Below, piece after piece: positions 28,246 to 37,700 of a stretch of 64,000 bases of DNA (positions are counted from its first letter, which is position 1; each line of letters begins with the position of its first letter). This DNA comes from an uncultured Pseudomonadota bacterium. Lineage in GTDB: Bacteria > Pseudomonadota > Alphaproteobacteria > RF32 > CAG-239. Location of the stretch: NCBI GenBank assembly GCA_949295085.1, contig CASFJS010000008.1, positions 38,855 through 102,854 on the forward strand, given 5' to 3'. Position numbers and translations under genes: made by a program. The notes under the pieces were generated by a model. It was not told the origin of the DNA. It did not search any database and saw nothing but the letters and a program-made list of their open reading frames with translations.

Positions 28246-28495
28246 ATCCTTACGGTTTTAGGGACCCCTGAGTAGAGAACTATGGCTGACGCCACAATGA
28301 GAAGAGAAAAAAACAAAAACACGAGCGGGTACTGACCTCACGCAACCTTGGCGCAAAGCGGGGTATTAGCTTTTGCCCCACCATTAAGCCTCCCTCATGC
28401 CCAAAGGCACAAGATCATGGGCGGCTCCCGTTTTTGTTCTCTCTCAAGTCCTTTACCTCGAGGCGCCCCCAAACCCAAAAGCATGGGGGCTTATT

Positions 28496-31432
28496 TTACA
28501 TAATTGTGCCGACGAAGTAGTTGACAACTCCGTTATAAGAGATTGTCCACATTCCGTTCTCGGCAGAACCGGTGGCTTTCACGGGATCTGCAAAAGGGTT
28601 GCCGTTTAAGGCAGCCTCTGCATCACCCATGATATTGGCAGCTGCTCCGTTAGGGAAGTAATAGGTAATGATGTATCCGGTGCTGGTTTTTGAAGCCTCC
28701 ACTGCGGATACGGTACCAATTCTTCCCGGCTGAGCCCATGCCATGGCGCGACCGGAGGACAGAATGTTCTGCCCGTCGGCGGCTGTAAGGTCGGTTACGG
28801 TCCAGTCCGTACCGTTCACATCGCGAGAATAGGCGACATAGGCGCCATTTTTCTCAGCAAGAATGTGAAGGTCGGTGCTGACATAATGACAGTATAAATC
28901 ATAACTGTCAGTGATCCACATCCCGACAATCTTGCCGCTGATTACCTCCGCCTCGATATAATTCACTGGAATCGAAGCGGATACAATTTCGTTACCGTGT
29001 GTAAACACGATAACGGCACCATTTTCCTGAAAGGTAATGGTGCTAACCTCTACGGCACATACCGGAGCCTCTGAGCGGTAGTCTGTTCCGTTGAACATGA
29101 TGGCGGAAACCTCTCTTGCAGAGAAGTTCACCATCACCTCACGTCCCTCGACAGTAACAGTGTTACTGCCGTTGAACTGGAATGACTGCCCCTTAACGGA
29201 AGCCGGCATGGAGGCCAGAGTGTAAACAAAACGGTTTGTAACCGTGTAGTTCACACTCTCGGCAGAGGTTGTTCCGTTTGACCAAGTGGTCGTTCGGGTT
29301 GCCTCGTTGTCGCACACGATTGAAATCGTGTTGTTGACAACCGTTGCATTTTCTTCAAATGCAATGTGCCGGAAAGAGTTCTGGGCATTAATAACCGTCA
29401 CCTCCTTCTTTGTGACGGTTACGTCTACCGATATTTCAGCGTAGTCCTGGCTGTCATTCGCGTAGAATCGAATGAAAGCTTTTTCGGCAGAGGTGAAGCT
29501 GATTGTACGGGCTTCGGCAACGCAAGGCTTAATCTCGCCTGCGTAATCCTTGTCCATGTAAACCACTTTACCCTCAACCTCAGCGGACAAACGCTGAGCA
29601 GAGATCTCTTCCCCAGCCACGGTGACGGTACCGTTGGTGAAGTCGTAGGTCTTGCCCACAACCTCATTAACATCGTCCACCACAATCTCCGGAATGGAGA
29701 TGCGGAACGAGTTAACAACGGTATAGTCTACGCTCTCCTCGTTCTGGCGGCTGCCGTCAGACATCACCTCGACGAAATCCGCGATATTGTCGCAGAAAAC
29801 GTTAACGGTGTTGTTGGACAGCTGCGCCTCGCGCTGGAAAGCGACGTGGCGGTAACTCCACTCCACATCCTCCACCGTTACAGGCTCCTCGTAAGGAACC
29901 ACGGTGATGATGAGGGTGGCCTCGGCGTAGTCCTTGCTGTCCTCGTTATAAAAACGAATGACAGCCTCAGAAGCCGAGGTAAAGGTAATGGTCTTGGCTT
30001 CGGCAACGCAAGGCTTAATTTCGCCTGCGTAATCCTTACCCCTATACATCACCTTACCCTCAACCTCAGCGGATGTACGCTGAGCCTCGAGAGAGGTTCC
30101 GGCCACGGTGACCACGCCGTTGGTGAAGTCGTAGGTCTTGCCCACAACCTCATCGTCAGCCGTTGCCTGAATCTCCGGTACGGAGATGGCAAAACGGTTG
30201 ACCACGGTATAGTCCACTTCCTCGGCGTTGCGGCGGCTGTTGTCGCTCCACACCTCGACGAAATCTGCGACATTGTCGCAGAAAACGCTAACGGTGTTGT
30301 CGCTGGACAGCTGCGCCTCGCGCAGGAAGTTCTCGTGGCGGTAGGACCACTCGGTGTAGTTATAAACGGGGTCCTCCATAACCGGAGTTCCGTCTACATT
30401 TACCGAGATCTTGGCGTAGTCATCCTCATCCTCGTTATAAAAGAGGATGGTGGCGGATGACTCGCCGAAAGTGATTGTCCGGGCAGCAACCTTGCAAGGC
30501 TCAATTTCGCCTGCATAGTCTTTATTGCCGTAGACAACGTCACCCTCGACGTTTGCCTCGATCCAGGTGCAAGAGACCTGGTGGCCGTTGATCTTTGCCA
30601 CCCCGTCAACAAACTCAACGCTCTTGCCGTTGAGTCCTTTAACCTCGTTCTCGTTCAACTCCGGGAAGTTGAACTTAAACGTGTTGTTAACGAGGTAGGG
30701 AACGGTCTCCTCCTCTTTCCGGCTCCCGTCACTCCACACCTCAGCAAACTCTGCAAAGTTGTTGCAGAGAACGCTTATGGTATCATTTTCCAGTCCGGCA
30801 TTGCGCTGGAACTGGTAGTGACGGGTTGTCCAGTCCACGTGGTCGAACACGGGAGGGGTGTATCCCTCCTCGACCACGAAAGTCTGGATGGCCTCTGCGA
30901 GTACCATCTCTCCGTAGGACAGTGTGTACACTGTCTCGGAAAGCTCGTAGAAGCTCGGGTCATCCGAGGCTTCTACGACGGCGTGCTCGCCGCTTACCTG
31001 GAGCTCTACACCGCAATGCAGTGTATACTCCTGACCTTCCGTGTCTTTGAAGGTCATGGTGAGGCCGGCCACTTTCACCTTGTTGGTGGTGTCAGCGGCG
31101 CCGGAGTAGGCAAAACTGAGCTCGCGCTCAGCTGCCTTTTCCAGCCTTTCGGCGGGGCGGAGCCCCTCGGTTCCGGACACCTTAATGGTGTCCTGTGCCT
31201 CGAGCCCGAACGGGCTGTTGGCATAACCGAGGCTGGTGCTGTCGGAGGCAAAAACCTCGACAGACACCTCGCTTGCCGGAATGTAATATTCCGGCACGGG
31301 GTTCGGGGTTTCGGGGGTCAGCGAGTGTTCTTCTTTCCAGCTCTCGCTACAGCCGGTCATAGCTACCATGGCTACCACGATAGCTATGAAAAATTTCATC
31401 TTTTTCATATTTTTTGATTTTGATTTTTTCAT
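28496..31432 (-). CDS. large lipoprotein with four tandem ~160-aa modules (family unknown)
   Basis: The first ATG gives MKKSKSKNMKKMKFFIAIVVAMVAMTGC, with a lipobox; the ORF is open to a GTG at 31444. The protein is 978-982 aa. The modules share W(S/T)YRH..F.REAQLS..NT..VFCDN.ADFVEV.SD.SR and KDYAGEIKPCVAEA.TI.F. Confidence 0.65.
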   Translation of the reverse strand: MKKSKSKNMKKMKFFIAIVVAMVAMTGCSESWKEEHSLTPETPNPVPEYYIPASEVSVEVFASDSTSLGYANSPFGLEAQDTIKVSGTEGLRPAERLEKAAERELSFAYSGAADTTNKVKVAGLTMTFKDTEGQEYTLHCGVELQVSGEHAVVEASDDPSFYELSETVYTLSYGEMVLAEAIQTFVVEEGYTPPVFDHVDWTTRHYQFQRNAGLENDTISVLCNNFAEFAEVWSDGSRKEEETVPYLVNNTFKFNFPELNENEVKGLNGKSVEFVDGVAKINGHQVSCTWIEANVEGDVVYGNKDYAGEIEPCKVAARTITFGESSATILFYNEDEDDYAKISVNVDGTPVMEDPVYNYTEWSYRHENFLREAQLSSDNTVSVFCDNVADFVEVWSDNSRRNAEEVDYTVVNRFAISVPEIQATADDEVVGKTYDFTNGVVTVAGTSLEAQRTSAEVEGKVMYRGKDYAGEIKPCVAEAKTITFTSASEAVIRFYNEDSKDYAEATLIITVVPYEEPVTVEDVEWSYRHVAFQREAQLSNNTVNVFCDNIADFVEVMSDGSRQNEESVDYTVVNSFRISIPEIVVDDVNEVVGKTYDFTNGTVTVAGEEISAQRLSAEVEGKVVYMDKDYAGEIKPCVAEARTISFTSAEKAFIRFYANDSQDYAEISVDVTVTKKEVTVINAQNSFRHIAFEENATVVNNTISIVCDNEATRTTTWSNGTTSAESVNYTVTNRFVYTLASMPASVKGQSFQFNGSNTVTVEGREVMVNFSAREVSAIMFNGTDYRSEAPVCAVEVSTITFQENGAVIVFTHGNEIVSASIPVNYIEAEVISGKIVGMWITDSYDLYCHYVSTDLHILAEKNGAYVAYSRDVNGTDWTVTDLTAADGQNILSSGRAMAWAQPGRIGTVSAVEASKTSTGYIITYYFPNGAAANIMGDAEAALNGNPFADPVKATGSAENGMWTISYNGVVNYFVGTIM
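28955..30847 (-). repeat. intragenic tandem repeats (~486-489 nt period, 4 units)
   Basis: These correspond to protein residues ~200-830. The two central units share exact runs, for example 37 nt at both 29631-29667 and 30117-30153. Confidence 0.85.
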
Positions 31433-31841
31433 GTTTGAAAGCACTCACGCTAGAGTGCGAAAATAACCCTGCCGCTTACGGTTCGATGCGAAAACGGGTC
31501 AGCACTGTAAAAATCCCTAGGACTTGTAAGAATATTATGAGAAAAATCAATATAGAAGCTTATATTTGTAACAGAAACGTTATTCTGTTTAATAGAAACT
31601 CTTTTTTTTGAAATTTTTCTAATGATAGTCTTAATGGCCTAAAGATAATATGTGTGCAACTATACTATAGCATAAAAGCGCTTTGGGTGCAAGTTTATTT
31701 TTGGAAAAAATGCGCCGGTTAGGTGTTGATTTTTAATGTTTTTTTAACTTTTTACCGATTGCTTGACAAAATTTTTGTCTTTTCTTGTCCCGACTCGGAA
31801 AAAGCGGAAGCCCCCTTAGCCTCAAGAGGAATGCCTGCCTT

Positions 31842-32285
31842 GGCTCAGGATGACGTTTTTCTTTTGTCATGTTGAGGAACGTCAGTGACGAAACATCCCA
31901 GAGATCCTTCGCTGCGCTCAGGATGACGCACCTACCTGTCATTCTGAGGAGCGTTTCTTTTTCTGTCATTCTGAGGAGCGTTTCTTTTCCTGTCATTCTG
32001 AGGGACGGAAGTCCCGAAGAATCGTAAGAGATGTTTCGCTTACGCTCAACATGACGGTGAAAGGCGCTCAGGATGACGCACCTACCTGTCATTCTGAGGA
32101 GCGTTTCTTTTTCTGTCATTCTGAGGGACGAAAGTCCCGAAGAATCTTAAGAGATGTTTCGCTTACGCTCAACATGACAGTGAAAGGCGCTCAGGATGAC
32201 GCACCTACCGGTCATTCTGAGGAGCGTTTCTTTTTCTGTCATTCTGAGGAGCGAGAGCGACGAAGAATCCCATCCGTCGTCGCCC
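31842..32285. repeat. repeat cluster B: higher-order 150/123-bp tandem repeat of the same family
   Basis: gcgctcaggatgacgcaccta starts at 31914, 32064 and 32187. The 27-bp sub-units start at 31939/31966/31993, 32089/32116 and 32212/32239. Confidence 0.88.
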
Positions 32286-32339
32286 CCGAGCGAAAACGTT
32301 GTTTTCCCATCGTAAAAAAGTTGATAAATATTATCCGGA

Positions 32340-33257
32340 TCAGACGTTCAACAAGGTCGAAAACAACTGGGTGGCTTTGCTTTGCTTGTTTCTGATAGAA
32401 GCCAGATTGGTGTAGGCATCCGACATCAGCGTTGCCGTGGCCTCATATTTTTGCGCCTGTATCTGCGCGGCATAGGCCGCCGAGATATATTCCGCCGATG
32501 ACGTGCTCGATGTTAATGAAATTGTCTCGTTCTGCGAATCCGACGACTTGGTTTCGGTCACCAGATAGTCATTGCGGTATTTGTCGCCCTGACGGATTTG
32601 CATCACATAGGGCATGCTGGCCTCCGGTGTCTCTGCCTCGGAGCCGATTTCAATGTAGTAATAGCCCTTTTTGGCCTTGTATTCGCCGGACAAAATCGCT
32701 TTCATATTGGCGTATTCTTCGGAGTTTTTGTCCGCTGTCGAATCGCCGATGGTAACCGTACGGTTGCCTTTTTTCATATAAACCTTGATTGTCATACCCT
32801 CGGCAAGGTCATCCAGCAGGCCTTTATTGGCTTTTTCGCGCTCCTCTTTCATCTTTTCGACCTCGGCGCGGGCAATCTCCAAAGGTGTTTTCGGCGTGGT
32901 GTCAATTTCTTCTTCCTCGGTTTTGATACCCATGGCCTCAAGCTCGGATTTAATTTCGTTCAAGCGGGTTTCATATTTTGACAAATCCAAAACCTTGCCG
33001 TCGTCCGTCGAATCGCCGCTGCGCAGGTTGATAAACAGCTTGCCGTTGGACTGAACCTGAACCATGTACATATCTTTATTGTCATACGGATCCAGCGTCG
33101 CGATAACCGAAATACGCGAATCGTTCAAGCGCGACCAGCCGAGATCGCGGGCATTGGCAAAACTTTCGTCGACATTGTTAACGTCGGCAACCGTTTTGTC
33201 CCAGCCGGCAATATTGCTGTTCTCCGTTGTGCTGCCGTTGACAGAGGAAACGGACAT
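32340..33257 (-). CDS. hypothetical protein (no signal peptide; acidic helical centre)
   Basis: 305-aa ORF. The N-terminal ~100 aa show a beta-rich pattern (ATLDPYDNKDMYMVQVQSNGKLFINL) faintly like pre-peptidase C-terminal (PPC) domains. No confident family. Confidence 0.5.
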   Translation of the reverse strand: MSVSSVNGSTTENSNIAGWDKTVADVNNVDESFANARDLGWSRLNDSRISVIATLDPYDNKDMYMVQVQSNGKLFINLRSGDSTDDGKVLDLSKYETRLNEIKSELEAMGIKTEEEEIDTTPKTPLEIARAEVEKMKEEREKANKGLLDDLAEGMTIKVYMKKGNRTVTIGDSTADKNSEEYANMKAILSGEYKAKKGYYYIEIGSEAETPEASMPYVMQIRQGDKYRNDYLVTETKSSDSQNETISLTSSTSSAEYISAAYAAQIQAQKYEATATLMSDAYTNLASIRNKQSKATQLFSTLLNV

Positions 33258-33332
33258 GAAACTTCTCCTTAAAAATTCACCACTCTTTTATGGTAGCATA
33301 AAATTACTAAACAAACAATTAAATTGTTGGTT

Positions 33333-34481
33333 TTATGCCGCGAATAAATCTTTGATTTTGTCAAAAAAGCTTTTGGCCTCCGGTTGGCAGGAATTTTCTT
33401 TGCTGATAGCGCGAAATTCCTCCAAAAGCTCTTTTTGGCGTTCGGATAGGTTAACCGGTGTTTCGACCCGCAGTTTGACAAACAAATCGCCGCGGCGCTC
33501 CGAGCGCACAATCGTCATCCCCTGACCTTTGACCTTAACCACTTGATCGGTCTGGGCGCCGGGGGCAATCTCAAGCTCTATCTTGTTGCCGTTGATGGCG
33601 GGAATCTCAACCTTGCCGCCAAGAGCCGCGCAACACATCGAAATCGGAATACGGGTATAAAGGCTGGCGCCGTCGCGCTCATAAAGCTTGTGTTCCTTAA
33701 CGGTAACAAAAACATACAAATCACCATTGGCGCCGCCGCGGATTCCGGCCTCGCCGGCACCCTCCAGCCGGATACGCGTGCCATCCTCAATACCTGAGGG
33801 AACGCTGACTTTGATTGTCCGCGCTTTATTGATATACCCCTTGCCTTTGCAGTCCGGACAGGCGTTTTTGACCAAACGCCCCGTTCCTTTGCAATGCGGA
33901 CAACTTTGCTCAACAACAAAAAAGCCCTGCTGCAGACGCACTTTGCCGCTGCCGTTGCAATGCGGACAAACCGGCGCCTCAGCGCCGTCTTTGGTGCCGT
34001 GACCGTGACAGGTTGCGCAGGTTTCGGTCGACGGAAAACTGATTTCCTTTTCAACACCGGAAAAAGCCTCCTCCAGCGTTACGGACAAGTTATAGCGGAT
34101 ATCCTGCCCGCGCCGGGCATAGCTTTGTTTGCGACTGCGACCGCCGCCCATAAAATCGGCAAAAACATCGGCAAAAATATCGGCAAAACCACCGGCCGCT
34201 CCGCCAAAGTCAAAATTAAAGCCGCCGAACGGATTACCGCCGCCCATACCGCCGTTTTGAAAAGCCGCATGGCCAAAACGGTCATAGGCAGCGCGCTTTT
34301 GGTCGTCTTTTAAGATCTCATAAGCCTCATTAATCTCCTTAAACCGCGCCTCGGCCTCTTTGTTGCCGGGGTTGCGGTCGGGGTGATATTGCATTGCCAA
34401 ACGGCGGAATGCTTTCTTTATCTCATCGCCGGAGGCGGTTTTGGATACCTCCAATATCTCGTAATAATCTCTTTCGGTCAT
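33333..34481 (-). CDS. dnaJ: molecular chaperone DnaJ
   Basis: 382 aa with a J domain (HPD), a G/F region and four CxxCxGxG zinc-finger repeats. Confidence 0.96.
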   Translation of the reverse strand: MTERDYYEILEVSKTASGDEIKKAFRRLAMQYHPDRNPGNKEAEARFKEINEAYEILKDDQKRAAYDRFGHAAFQNGGMGGGNPFGGFNFDFGGAAGGFADIFADVFADFMGGGRSRKQSYARRGQDIRYNLSVTLEEAFSGVEKEISFPSTETCATCHGHGTKDGAEAPVCPHCNGSGKVRLQQGFFVVEQSCPHCKGTGRLVKNACPDCKGKGYINKARTIKVSVPSGIEDGTRIRLEGAGEAGIRGGANGDLYVFVTVKEHKLYERDGASLYTRIPISMCCAALGGKVEIPAINGNKIELEIAPGAQTDQVVKVKGQGMTIVRSERRGDLFVKLRVETPVNLSERQKELLEEFRAISKENSCQPEAKSFFDKIKDLFAA

Positions 34482-34518
34482 TGTTTGTTTTAAGCCTTTG
34501 TTGCGTTTCTTGCTCTTT

Positions 34519-34547
34519 ATTTAGGAATATTTGCGGCAAAATGCAAG
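34519..34547 (-). promoter_or_regulatory. candidate RpoH (sigma32)-type promoter for dnaJ
   Basis: On the minus strand: CTTG (34547-34544), 18 nt, then CCTAAAT (34525-34519). There is one mismatch to the alphaproteobacterial CTTG-N17/18-CYTATNT pattern as I recall it. It lies 37 nt upstream of the ATG. Confidence 0.4.
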
Positions 34548-34713
34548 CAAATTGCACAAGTTTTTGAAATAAAAGCATAAAGTATATGTTAACGAATTTC
34601 TGATATAATCACTTTAATGGAAATTTTGACAAAAAAGTTGTTTTTGTGTCAAAAACATGCTAGGATATAAGTATGTTTTGACAGATACCGTGTTTTGATA
34701 AGGATTTATTGCC

Positions 34714-37700
34714 ATGACTGATACATCTAACTGGCCAAGAGAAGTTATTGATATTGAACAATTAAAAACCGTTTTGGATAGTAACAGTATCAATATGGCT
34801 GACGAACTGGACATTGTTTTGCGGCAGAAAGCGCACGTTGATATGCCTTACGGAAAACGTTATCAGCATGTCAGGTTTGCCACAATTCTGGGCGCCGTTC
34901 ATGTTCCAAACAGTCTGTATGATGACGAAGAACGCCAAAAACACTTAAAGAAACTTCGCCGTTATTATGATCAAAGTGCGACAAAGGCCTATATTAAATT
35001 GGAAACGGCGGATTTTTATTGCAACTTTCTGGAGCAAATCAAAGACAGCATTGAACAAAGACACCCCGGAGTCAAACTGCCCTTGACCACTGTTGATAAG
35101 CCCAAAGAAAAAGAGCAAACTCGCGGCACCGGCGGCAAAAAACGGAGCAAACCCAACACGCAGAACGATCAAATTGTCAAAATAGACCGTTATCGGGTTA
35201 TTAATCCCTCTTGTCTGTCAAATCTGCCCGCCGAAGAATTAACCAAACTGCTGAATGAAACACTGGCTGAATATGCCAATAATATGACCGCAACCGCCGA
35301 TAAGGATAAATTAATCAAATTTATCGCCAATCTTGAGTATGCTTTTGCTTATGCACGAAATGACGGCAAAAGTTTAGAACAAAATTCCCATTTAAATCAG
35401 GCGCGGCGGCTGTATAACTACCGAGCCGGACAAAATCTTACGCCGCAAACCCAAAAGCTTTATGTCGCTTATATGGAAGCGGTTGAGGAAAAACTGAGAA
35501 AAGCGCATCCGGATTATCAGATTGTTTATGATGAAATTCCTCTGCTTTATGACAGTGTCCGAGCGGAACCCCAACCTGAGCCGGAACCCAAACCTGAGCC
35601 GGAACCCAAACCTGAGCCGGAACCCCAACCTGAGCCGGAGCCCCAACCGGAACCTGAGCCGGAACCCCAACCTGAGCCGGAGCCGGCGGATACGCAGGAA
35701 AAAATTTTGGAAGGCTATACCTCGGATGAATGGATGCAACTTTTGGCCGGCGTCAAAAATGAGGATGCTCTGCCGGTTTTTCTTGAAATGACGGCCGACT
35801 CGCTTCATCTGACAGAAGGGATGGAAATCACGGCTTTGCGTGAGGTTTTGGGCGAGCGTTTTCCGAAAAACTTTGAAAAACTGACCCCTGCGGAAAAAGA
35901 TGCCAAACGGCAAGAACTCAAAAGCAGCCTTAATCCGGCCGAGTTGGCAAAATTCAATATCCGGCTGACCGACAAAGCCCAAATTTTGGCCGAAAGCCTG
36001 CCGCCGCACCAACTGGTTGTGATGGCGCAGGATATTGACAAGCAGCTTGAAGATAAAAACCGCACCTCCGATGAGCAAGAGCAACAACTGCAGGAACTGA
36101 AAGCGCAAAAAGAAGTGCTGGTTGCCGCCATGGCCGCCAAAACCAAAGGTGTGGCTTTTGGAGACATCATCATTGACCAAACCAACGTTGCCGATGTTTA
36201 TGACGGCGCAATGGAAATGTTTGATTATCTGCAAAACTCCGGTGTGCAGCTTGAGGGCGAAGGTGAGTTTTCTTTTGCCGATCTGATGGAAAGTGCCAAA
36301 AATAAATTAAACAGAGAAATCGCCGCCTATGATGAAGCGAACGGTCTGACAAACATTAACGAAGAAGACGCGGATAAGCTGGAAAAAGCTTTTGATGATG
36401 TCTGGGCAACAGCCAAAGAAATTGATATCAACGACAAAACGCAGAACGAAGCCTGGTTTTCCAATATCGGAACGTTTTTCGACGGCCTGAGTTTTGCCGA
36501 GCCTGACGCCGATAAGAAAAAGCAAACTTTTATCGAGACCATTAAGCTCGAGGCTGCGCGCAATGCCGCCATACGATCCGTCGGAAAAAGCAAAGAAGAA
36601 TTAATCGAAGAATTAAAAATCCAATTACAAACAACGGCCGGCCAGCATATCCAAACATTGATTACGACCGATGTCATGGCAAATTTACCGGAAAACGCAA
36701 CCGATGAACAGCGTCGGCAGGCTGTTGCGGAAGCTTTGGCTCAGCCACGACATCAAATCAGCGACAAAGGCCTGGCAGCTTATCAGGCGGCCACGGTTAA
36801 CAACCATATCAGCTTTTTGAACCGTTTGGCCGGCAAGGCACACCTCAACAATCGCAGCGCGTCGGTTTTGAGCAAAATATACGGACCTTTGCAAAAAATC
36901 GATAAGGCCTGTATCGCCCGTTTTGGTCAAAATTATACCGTGGTGCGCAAATTCGGCCGGATGATGGCCGGTAATATGGGTGCTCAGGCTCTCAATCAGG
37001 TTGTGAGAATTGGCTGCAATACCGTCGGACTGGCGCTCGGCACGCCGGGGCTCGGTTCCCAGATTTATGCCGGCGTTTATGCCGCACAGGCTTTGACCCG
37101 TCTGGGGATGAGCTTTGCTCAGGAACGTCGCGACGCCAAAGCTCGGGGTGAGAAATACGGTTTCGGCAAATTCCTGTTGCAAAAATCACCGGAAATTTTG
37201 ATGACTGCCGCGGTCACAACGTCTATTTTCTTCGGTGGCGAAATTGCCAAACGCGGCATGGAAGCCGCCGTACGCTACGGCACCATGGCTGTCGGGTTTG
37301 GTATTTCATTGGTTAAAGGTATCAGAGCCCAGCGCAAAGCCGGCAACAAATGGGGCAAAGCCATCGCCAAGGCCTTTGCCAATTCGGCAGCCTCAACCGC
37401 GACGGCCGTTGCAACCGGTATGGGCATGGCCTGGGGCGTCAACAATCTGGCGGCCGAAATAACCAATAACACATCGCTTGATTTGTGGGGCGAACACGGC
37501 ACCCGCCAGCCGACCGCCGATGAATATAATCCTGACGACGCCAGTTACAGCAAAGATACTGTCGGCAGCGATAAATTGGATAATTATAAAAATATGACTC
37601 CCGAAGAACTCAACCGGTCCGGAATTATCAAGGAGGGGCTGCCTCGTGACGAAGCGGCCGGTTTGATTAACCAAACCGATGAGCAACTGGCCGACAAAGG

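Noticed and set aside
27151-31417. Long plus-strand ORFs (271, 364 and 278 aa) across the island
   Set aside because: They are antisense to the far longer minus-strand genes, which have signal peptides and modular conservation. Their Gly/Arg/Val-rich translations are typical of antisense frames in C/G-ending coding sequence. The 364-aa ORF merely mirrors the intragenic repeats.
31445-31730. Bacteroidetes-type TAnnTTTG promoter upstream of the island lipoprotein gene, as extra support for cross-phylum origin
   Set aside because: I searched the minus strand of this AT-rich spacer by eye and found no TAnnTTTG. The only tatatttg (31561-31568) is on the wrong strand.
35392-36234. 280-aa minus-strand ORF inside the giant gene
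   Set aside because: It is antisense to the 1291-aa ORF. It includes an RLRLGFRLRF low-complexity run that is simply the reverse reading of the PEPEPK repeat.
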